A stretch of DNA of 64,000 bases from an uncultured Thermoanaerobaculia bacterium (lineage in GTDB: Bacteria; Acidobacteriota; Thermoanaerobaculia; Multivoradales; JAGPDF01): positions 13,935 to 77,934 of the forward strand of contig CAZPYU010000008.1 in NCBI GenBank assembly GCA_964590905.1, written 5' to 3'. Every line of letters starts with the position of its first letter. The first letter of the stretch is position 1. This document shows positions 57,334 through 64,000 of the stretch, piece by piece. Below the pieces are notes generated by a model, which saw only the letters and a list, made by a program, of their open reading frames with translations, ran no database searches and was not told the DNA's origin. Made by a program: the position numbers and the translations under genes.

Positions 57334-59006
57334 GAGCGTCGGTGCCTCCGCGGAACGATCGCTCGAGCTTCTGGCAATCCGAATGCCAAGCAGAGGAGCA
57401 GGTAGCTGGCGCCGTAGAGCGCGAAAACCAACGCCGCGCGGACCGTCGGGTGCAGCGCTGCCAGCGCGAAGGCGGCGACCGCCGCTGGAAGCGCTGCTGC
57501 CAGCGAGATGGCAATCTTGCGTGCCAGATCGGCTCGGCCGGTAGCGTGGCCGGGAAGGCGCTCGGCGAGGGAGCGCCCCAGGCGGAGTCGTTCGTACCAG
57601 GCGCCCACGCTGGCGGCGAGCGCCAGCCCCACTCCACCCAGGAAGACTGCGCTATCGCTCGCCCCGACGGAGAAGAGATCGGCGATGCGAACCCGGTCAA
57701 GGGCGAGCATGAGAGGTACAGCCAAGATGGCGCTCAGAACGACTCGGCCGGCGGCGGCCCGCGCCGGCGAGCGGGTGTCGCCGAGCGAAAAGAAGGTCGT
57801 CTGCAATAAGCGCGACGAGGTGGATGCCGGGAGACCGAGCGCGTAGGCAGCGAGGATGAGCGTCACCAACAGCGTGTCGGAGGTCGTGAAACGGCCAGCG
57901 AAGAGGCGATAGAGGCCAGCGATGGCGACCGAGCCGAGGAGGAGAAAGGCGACCGCCGTAGGGGCAACGAAGAAGTCGGTTCGCGTCAGGGTCGCCCGGG
58001 TTCGGGTTGCGAGCGAGTCCGCGCCCTCCACCTGCGCCGAGCGAGAGAGCTCGGGGAGCGCTGCGGCCGCTGTCGCCTGGCCGAAGAGGCTGATCGGCAA
58101 GAGATAGAGCATCTGGGCGTAGCCGAGCGCGCTCGGCGCCCCCGGGGCGAGAAACGAGGCCAGGATCAAGTCGAGATACGACGAGAGCTGGACCACGCCG
58201 CGCCCGGCGATGGCGGGACCGAGAGCGGTCAGCGCCGGCCGGACTCCGGGCGCGCTCAGCGAAATTTCTGGACGGAGCCCTCCAATCGCCCGTATCGCTC
58301 CAGGCAGTTGAACGAGGAGCTGGAGGAGTCCACCGACAAGAGCCCCGAAGCAGGCCGCGAAGAGCAGGCGGTCCGGCGCCGGCGATGCGCCGGTTGTCGC
58401 GGACTGCCCCACCCAGACAAGCGCGGTCACGATGGCCGCATTCCAGAAGACCGGAGCCACGTAGGGCAGCAGAAACTTGCGGTGGCTGTTGAGCACGCCC
58501 AGCGCCCAAGCCGAGAGAACCAAGAGACCGGTCATCGGGAAGATCCAGCGCACCGCTCGCACCGTGAGCTGGAAACGGTCAACCGACAGTTCGCCACGAG
58601 CCACACCGCCCGCGTCGCGCAGAAAGCCGGAGGCGAAGAGGGCGACCAGCGGCTCGGCCGCGAGCACTCCAAGGACGACCAACCCGAGAGTCGTGACCAG
58701 CAGGAGCCCGAACGCCGCGTTCGCGAAGCGGCGCGCCGCGGCGCGATCGCCGCTGGCGAGCAGGCGCGAATAGACCGGGATGAACGATGCCGAGAGCACC
58801 TGCTCGCCGAGCAGGTTCTGGAGCACGTTGGGCGCCCTGAGCGCGGTCTGCAGGACGTCCGCGTGCGGCCCGACCCCAAACGCGGCGCTGGTAACCGCCG
58901 CCCGGACCAGCCCGGCCGTGCGGCTGCAGAGGATACCTACCGCAACGGTGAGAGCGCCACGCGATTCTGACGGAGAGCGCGCTCGGTCGCCGTCGCGCTC
59001 GGACAC
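57330..59006 (-). CDS. murJ: lipid II flippase MurJ (MviN family)
   Basis: 14-TM MOP-superfamily protein with N-terminal SRTAGLVRAAVTSAAFGVG...LQNLLGEQVLSASFIPV motif; GTG start at 59006, the ORF-track N-extension is rejected. Confidence 0.8.
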   Translation of the reverse strand: MSERDGDRARSPSESRGALTVAVGILCSRTAGLVRAAVTSAAFGVGPHADVLQTALRAPNVLQNLLGEQVLSASFIPVYSRLLASGDRAAARRFANAAFGLLLVTTLGLVVLGVLAAEPLVALFASGFLRDAGGVARGELSVDRFQLTVRAVRWIFPMTGLLVLSAWALGVLNSHRKFLLPYVAPVFWNAAIVTALVWVGQSATTGASPAPDRLLFAACFGALVGGLLQLLVQLPGAIRAIGGLRPEISLSAPGVRPALTALGPAIAGRGVVQLSSYLDLILASFLAPGAPSALGYAQMLYLLPISLFGQATAAAALPELSRSAQVEGADSLATRTRATLTRTDFFVAPTAVAFLLLGSVAIAGLYRLFAGRFTTSDTLLVTLILAAYALGLPASTSSRLLQTTFFSLGDTRSPARAAAGRVVLSAILAVPLMLALDRVRIADLFSVGASDSAVFLGGVGLALAASVGAWYERLRLGRSLAERLPGHATGRADLARKIAISLAAALPAAVAAFALAALHPTVRAALVFALYGASYLLLCLAFGLPEARAIVPRRHRRS

Positions 59007-59080
59007 GATGGGGCAGTATAGCGACAGGGGCGATCGGGAGGCGGCTCGGGTCGGCAATGACGGGCGGCTAAGATCGCCCG

Positions 59081-62000
59081 ATGGCCGCGCGCCCGCAGCT
59101 CCATGTCGTGGCGCTCGCCCACCTCGACACCCAGTGGAGATGGACCGTTCGCGACACGGTGCGCGACCACCTTCCGGCCACCGTCCGCGAGAACGAAAGG
59201 CTCTTCGACAGCTTCCCGCGCTACGTGCTCTCGTTCGAGGGGGCGCATCGCTATCGACTTCTCGCCGAGCACCACCCGGAGCTCTTCGAGCGGCTACGTC
59301 AGCGCGTGCGCGAGGGGCGCTGGGCGCCGGTCGGCGCGGCGCTCGAGGCGTTCGACACTCTTCTGCCGTCGCCCGAGTCGATCCTGCGCCAGATCGTCTA
59401 CGGTCGGCGCTGGTTCCGCGCCGAGCTAGGAGTCGAGAGTCGCGATCTCTTCCTCCCTGACTGCTTCGGCTTTCCGTCGACGCTCCCGACATTGGCGGTT
59501 CACGCCGGGATCGTCGGTTTCTCGACCCAGAAGCTGCGGCGAGGAGAGCTGATGCGCTCCGCGGTCGGGATTCCGTTCGCCTACGGTATCTGGCGCGGAA
59601 CGGACGGCTCCGAGCTCTTGGCTGCGCTCGATCCCGGCGAGTACTCGGGGCGGATCGAAGGCGATCTCACCCGCGATCCGGCATGGCGTTCGCGCTTCGC
59701 GGCGCTCGCCGCTGCGGGTATTCCGGAGCGCCTCCTGCTCTACGTCGGCACCGGAGATCGAGGCGGAGCGCCTCCGGCTACGACGATCGCGGGCCTGGAG
59801 GAGGCGCTCGCCGGCGATGGGGAGATCGAGGTCCACCATGGCGCCTCCGAGGCGATCTACCTCGCTACGAGCGCCGACGAGCGCGCCCGTCTGCCGCGCT
59901 ACGAGGGGGAGCTGCTTCTGCGTCTGCACGGAACTGGCTGCTATACCGCCAAGGCGATCCTCAAGCGCTGGAATCGGATTGGCGAGCTTCTGGCACTGCG
60001 CGCGGAGGCGGCCGCCGCGCTGGCGTCCTGGCTCGGCCAACCGGCTCCACTCGCACGACTCGAACGGGCGTGGAGCAGCCTGCTCGTCCATCAGATGCAC
60101 GACGATCTGACCGGAACTTCGATTCCGGCGGCGTATCGCTTCTCGCTCGACGATCTCGGTCTGGCGGCCAACGAGCTCCAAGAGACGACGCTCGACGCCG
60201 TCCATTGCGCCGCCGGCGCGCTGGACCTGTCGGGAGGCGACCCGACCCTCCTGCTCCTGTCGGTGAACGCGGCGCCGGCCGACGAGATTGTCGAGCTCAC
60301 CCTCGCGCCGGGAGCCTCCCGGCCCACGCACGCTCTCTCGCCGGAGGGCGAGCCGGCGCCGATTCAGCTCGCGGTGGACGGCGATCGCTGCTCCTCCCCC
60401 AATACGACTGGGGGCACAGTGGTGCTCGTCCCAGCGCACTTCGAAGGGGTCGAGTTGCAGGTCGTTCGGCTCGTCTCGCAAGGCTTTCCGGCCATCGCTT
60501 CGTTCCACGGCCACCTCGAAGCGGCGGACGATCGACTGGAGAGCGACCGCTATCGCGCTTGTTTCGACTCGAACGGGCGGCTTGCCACTCTGTTCGACAA
60601 GCAACTCGAGCGCGAGCTCCTCGCCGGGCCGCTCCAACACGAGCTCCTCCCCGACCGCTCGTCGAAGTATCCGGCCTGGGAGATCCGCTGGGAGGACTCC
60701 TCGAGCCGCCCGCTCGCCGAGGTCGAACGGCTGGTGAGCCGAGAGCCGATCGAGAGCGGTCCGCTACGCGCTTCGTTGCGGATCGCGCGCGCCGCACGAG
60801 GGGTCGAGCTTGTCGAGACCTGGTCGCTCCTGGCCGGAGGCGCCGGCGATCGGCTCGACTGCACGGTACGCCTCGATTGGCGTCGGCGCGGCGCGCTGCT
60901 CAAGCTCCGATTCCCGCTCGCCGCCGCCGCCGACCGGGCCCACTTTGATACCGGCCTCGGTGCGATCACCCGCCCGATCGCCAGCGCGTCGCTCTACGAG
61001 GTTCCCGCCCAGCGCTGGGCGGCGATCGACGACCCGGCGGCGGGGTTCGGGGTCGCGCTCTTCTCGGACTGCCGCCACGGCTGGGACTTTCCCGAGCGCT
61101 CGACGCTGCGCCTGACACTCGTACACGCCCCGAACGCGCGGGGGAAGTTCGGGCACCAGGCGACCCACGACTTCGGTCGCCACCGGTTCCGACTAGCGAT
61201 CGCCGGCCTGAGCGTCGGTGCTGTCGCCGACGGATCGCTGGCCGTGCGAGCCGACCGCTTTGCCCAGCCGGTCTCTGCCTATCGCATCGACAGGCCAGCC
61301 GAGAACCGCTGCCTCGCTGGCAGTAGTTGGCGGCGGATCCTCTTCCTGAGCACCGACTCGCAGATCCGACTCCTCGCGCTCAAGCCGGCCGAACGCGGCG
61401 AAGGGATCGTAGTGCGCGTCGCCAATCCGACCCCCGAGGCGATCGAAGCCCGGCTCGACCTGCAGAGCGCGCCAACGGCGCTCTTCGCCGTCGACGCGCT
61501 CGAAACGGAGCTGGATAGCGTGGAGGACGCTCCCGTGGCCGACTCGACCCGGGTTCGAGCTCGGATCCCAGGGCACGCCGTCCGCTCGCTGGAGATTCGG
61601 CTGGCACCTCCCGCCACGGGCTCACCACCGGCCGCCGCGACGACCGCCCTGACCCTGCCGTGGACCGTCCAGGGCTTCTCGATGAACCGACAACGGGCGC
61701 GCTCGAGCTTCGACGGACGGGGTGCGCTCTTTCCGAACGAGACTCTCCCCCGCCGGATCGACCAGGGACCAGTGCCGTTCGACCTCTCGCACCTCGGCCG
61801 ACCCGGAGGCGACACGCTGGTCCCGGCTGGTCAGGTGCTGGAGCTGGCCGCCGACATGGCTGAGCTCTGGCTGCTGGCCGCATCGGTGGAGGGCGATCGC
61901 GCCGTCAACTTCGAGGTCGACGGGCGGCTCCAATCGATCGTTTTCCCGGACTGGCGTCGGAGCTTTCTCGCCGAGAGCCGGTGGAGTCGCCGCTTCGGAC

Positions 62001-62245
62001 TCCCGCACTTCGATCCGGGTGAATTTCGACGCTGCCCCACCGCCTGGTCGAGCGGGCACCTTCACGATCGCCGAGGGCGCGATCTGCCGGTCGAACGCGG
62101 CTCGCTCTTCGCGCTCCGCCTGGCACTCGGCGGCGTCCTACGACTCGAGCTACCCCACGCCCCGGCGGTTCGCATCGTGGCGGCGACGCTCTCTGCCCGC
62201 TCGGCGCGATCCATCGAGGAGGCGATGCTACCGCTCTTCCCCTAG
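59081..62245 (+). CDS. glycoside hydrolase family 38 alpha-mannosidase (cytoplasmic, no signal peptide)
   Basis: 1054 aa; N-terminal VVALAHLDTQWRW (HxDxxW-type GH38 motif), central and C-terminal GH38 domains. Confidence 0.8.
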   Translation: MAARPQLHVVALAHLDTQWRWTVRDTVRDHLPATVRENERLFDSFPRYVLSFEGAHRYRLLAEHHPELFERLRQRVREGRWAPVGAALEAFDTLLPSPESILRQIVYGRRWFRAELGVESRDLFLPDCFGFPSTLPTLAVHAGIVGFSTQKLRRGELMRSAVGIPFAYGIWRGTDGSELLAALDPGEYSGRIEGDLTRDPAWRSRFAALAAAGIPERLLLYVGTGDRGGAPPATTIAGLEEALAGDGEIEVHHGASEAIYLATSADERARLPRYEGELLLRLHGTGCYTAKAILKRWNRIGELLALRAEAAAALASWLGQPAPLARLERAWSSLLVHQMHDDLTGTSIPAAYRFSLDDLGLAANELQETTLDAVHCAAGALDLSGGDPTLLLLSVNAAPADEIVELTLAPGASRPTHALSPEGEPAPIQLAVDGDRCSSPNTTGGTVVLVPAHFEGVELQVVRLVSQGFPAIASFHGHLEAADDRLESDRYRACFDSNGRLATLFDKQLERELLAGPLQHELLPDRSSKYPAWEIRWEDSSSRPLAEVERLVSREPIESGPLRASLRIARAARGVELVETWSLLAGGAGDRLDCTVRLDWRRRGALLKLRFPLAAAADRAHFDTGLGAITRPIASASLYEVPAQRWAAIDDPAAGFGVALFSDCRHGWDFPERSTLRLTLVHAPNARGKFGHQATHDFGRHRFRLAIAGLSVGAVADGSLAVRADRFAQPVSAYRIDRPAENRCLAGSSWRRILFLSTDSQIRLLALKPAERGEGIVVRVANPTPEAIEARLDLQSAPTALFAVDALETELDSVEDAPVADSTRVRARIPGHAVRSLEIRLAPPATGSPPAAATTALTLPWTVQGFSMNRQRARSSFDGRGALFPNETLPRRIDQGPVPFDLSHLGRPGGDTLVPAGQVLELAADMAELWLLAASVEGDRAVNFEVDGRLQSIVFPDWRRSFLAESRWSRRFGLPHFDPGEFRRCPTAWSSGHLHDRRGRDLPVERGSLFALRLALGGVLRLELPHAPAVRIVAATLSARSARSIEEAMLPLFP

Positions 62246-62247
62246 CG

Positions 62248-63159
62248 CTAGGACGACGGCTTCGTCCGCTTCGCCTCTCCTTCGGGCTCGACGTGAATCG
62301 TGACCCGCGCGCCAGGATGTAGCAGCAGGAGATCGGCTTCGATCCGATCGCAGATCTCGTGCGCCTCGTAGACTAGTGCGTAGCGGCTGATCACTAGATG
62401 GAACTCGACGAAGACCTGGTTGCCGGCTCGGCGGGTCCGCAAGTCGTGAAACTCGATCACCGGCGGCCCCTCGTCGGCGAGGCGGGCCTCGATGGTGCCG
62501 AGCTCGGCCGCCGGCAGCGCCTCGTCGAGGAGCCCGGCGAAGGAGTGGCGCACCGCGCGCAAGCCGGCGATCAGGATGTGGACAGCGACGCCGAGCGCGA
62601 GCAGCGCGTCGAGCGCCCAGTAGCCAGTGACCCAGGCGATAGCAAATCCGAGGTAGACGGCGAGCGAAGTGACCACATCGGAGCGCAGGTGGATTGCGTC
62701 GACGAGCAGCGCGGGTGAAAAGTTGCGGCGACCGACGCGCTCGAGGTAGCGCGAGAGGAGCGCGTTAGCGCCGGTCGCCACCATCGAGATCGCCAAGCCG
62801 AGTCCGATCTGCGGAATCGCCGGCCGCTGCCCGAAGCGGGTGATCGCCTCGAAGGCGACCACGAAGGCGGCAAAGACCACCAGCGCACCCTCGATCGCGG
62901 CCGAGAGGTACTCGATCTTGCCGTGGCCGAAAGGATGATTGACGTCGGGCGGCTGGGCCGCGTAGCGGATCGACGCAGTGGCGATCAGCGCGGCCACGAC
63001 ATTGACCACCGACTCCGCGGCGTCCGAGAGAAGCGCCAGCGACCCGGTGCGCATCGCGGCCACGCTCTTCAAGGCGAGAACCGCCAGGCCGACGCCGACC
63101 GCGACGAGGCCTGCCGAGAGCGGAGCGTTCGACTCGGCGGAGACCGCTTTCGTGCTCAT
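62248..63159 (-). CDS. cation diffusion facilitator family transporter
   Basis: 6 TM, metal-site motifs LSDAAESVVN and HxxxD (HLRSDVVTS), cytoplasmic C-terminal domain. Confidence 0.85.
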   Translation of the reverse strand: MSTKAVSAESNAPLSAGLVAVGVGLAVLALKSVAAMRTGSLALLSDAAESVVNVVAALIATASIRYAAQPPDVNHPFGHGKIEYLSAAIEGALVVFAAFVVAFEAITRFGQRPAIPQIGLGLAISMVATGANALLSRYLERVGRRNFSPALLVDAIHLRSDVVTSLAVYLGFAIAWVTGYWALDALLALGVAVHILIAGLRAVRHSFAGLLDEALPAAELGTIEARLADEGPPVIEFHDLRTRRAGNQVFVEFHLVISRYALVYEAHEICDRIEADLLLLHPGARVTIHVEPEGEAKRTKPSS

Positions 63160-63198
63160 CGGCTCGCCGCCCCGGAGCGGATACAGTTCCGACCCGCT

Positions 63199-63669
63199 AT
63201 GGTCCTGGCGCTGGCGGTTGCCCTCGTGCTCGCGGGCCTCGCGGGGACGGTAGTTCCTCTCCTGCCGGGCGTGCCGCTGGTCTGGGTCGGCCTCTGGATC
63301 GCGGCGTGGAGCGACGGCTTCGATCGAGTCGGAATCGGTACGCTGGTCGTCCTGGCGCTCCTCACCGCGCTCTCACTCGCCCTCGATCTCGCGACCTCGG
63401 CGTTCACGACTCGGCGGCTCGGCGGCACGCGAGCTGCGGCGATCGGCGCCGCGCTCGGAACGCTCGCCGGGCTGCCGTTCGGTCTGCTGGGACTCTTTCT
63501 CGGTCCGTTCGCGGGCGCCGCACTCGGCGAATATCTCTCGGTCAAGGACGCTGCTCGCGCCGGCCGCGCTGGCGCCGGGAGCTGGGTGGGTCTCGCTCTC
63601 GCCATCGCGGCGCGATTCGCCGTCGCGTTCTCGATGCTCGGGCTCTTCATGCTCGCCTGGATCTTCTGA
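63199..63669 (+). CDS. DUF456 family membrane protein
   Basis: 156 aa from internal ATG; 4 hydrophobic helices, Gly-rich motifs GPFAGAALGEY. Confidence 0.6.
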   Translation: MVLALAVALVLAGLAGTVVPLLPGVPLVWVGLWIAAWSDGFDRVGIGTLVVLALLTALSLALDLATSAFTTRRLGGTRAAAIGAALGTLAGLPFGLLGLFLGPFAGAALGEYLSVKDAARAGRAGAGSWVGLALAIAARFAVAFSMLGLFMLAWIF

Positions 63670-63693
63670 GCAGCAGCCCGCTCGACGTAGAGG

Positions 63694-64000
63694 TCAGAAG
63701 GCTGGGCCGGACGCCCCGACAAGCTCGACCAGCTGCATCTCGCGAATCTTCCACTCCCCCTCGTGCTCGACCCAGAAGATCGTGGCGTCGAAGGTGGTAG
63801 CGCCGAATCCGCTGCTTCGGGCCCCTTCGACATCGAGCCGCGCGGTCATTTCAGCGGTGCCGTTATCCCGGATGCTCAGCGTCCGCGCCGAGTCGCGGAT
63901 TCGCACCCGCTCCGACATCGCGCGGTAGCGGAAGATCGTGCCGGCCAGCTCCTGCGCGTTCGAGATCGAGACCTCGTACGGACGCGCCGAGACCAGGAAC
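63694..64000 (-). CDS. hypothetical protein, C-terminal fragment (NTF2-like/SnoaL-like fold suspected); gene continues beyond the window end
   Basis: C-terminal sequence ...ATIFWVEHEGEWKIREMQLVEL; reading frame remains open to the window edge. Confidence 0.3.
   Translation of the reverse strand, partial: FLVSARPYEVSISNAQELAGTIFRYRAMSERVRIRDSARTLSIRDNGTAEMTARLDVEGARSSGFGATTFDATIFWVEHEGEWKIREMQLVELVGASGPAF

Noticed and set aside
63156-63833. 225-aa minus-strand ORF antisense to the DUF456 gene
   Set aside because: Ala/Arg/Ser-rich low-complexity sequence antisense to a membrane protein with a coherent TM pattern.

Overview
This 64-kb window comes from a very high-GC (about 70%) chromosome of a diderm (Gram-negative-type) bacterium; the diderm call rests on lpxB, msbA, PBP1A, a LolB-like lipoprotein and many lipobox/TPR periplasmic proteins. 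The gene content and the frequent TPR, FHA and DUF4388-like domains suggest a Myxococcota-, Acidobacteriota- or Gemmatimonadota-like organism, but that is low confidence. The window is densely packed with core housekeeping genes on both strands. The main blocks are coaBC-rpoZ-gmk-yicC, msbA-lpxB, rpsA-ihfB, and trpS-scpA-scpB-rluB-cmk. Next comes recG with a cNMP/FHA protein and ldcA, then the RNase P RNA gene (rnpB), uvrB-uvrC, mrcA, and rpsF-rpsR-rplI with a methyltransferase. Further on lie pth-rplY-prs-tRNA-Gln-spoVG-ispE with a LolB-like gene, then ssb, nagZ, mutS, tsaB-rimI, psd-pssA, ferritin, trxB, murJ, a cytoplasmic GH38 alpha-mannosidase and a CDF transporter. Two RNA genes that the ORF track cannot show were found by eye: rnpB (RNase P RNA) and tRNA-Gln(UUG). 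There is no CRISPR array, transposase, integrase, restriction-modification or toxin-antitoxin gene, and no recognisable phage-defence island. The least ordinary parts are five. (1) A two-gene module of a ChlI/BchI-like AAA+ ATPase with atypical Walker motifs plus a separate VWA/MIDAS protein, downstream of trxB. (2) A protein with a tandem MshEN-type c-di-GMP-binding motif, an (APPQ)4 linker and a GAF-like C-terminus. (3) A cNMP-binding/FHA fusion coupled to recG. (4) A catalytically degenerate Asd homologue in the psd-pssA operon. (5) An envelope/glycan cluster: a Rhamno_transf-like glycosyltransferase, an M48 lipoprotein protease, a GT-C membrane glycosyltransferase, a transglutaminase-TPR lipoprotein, murJ and the GH38 mannosidase. 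Many long ORFs on the track are antisense or alternative-frame artefacts of the GC content and were rejected.
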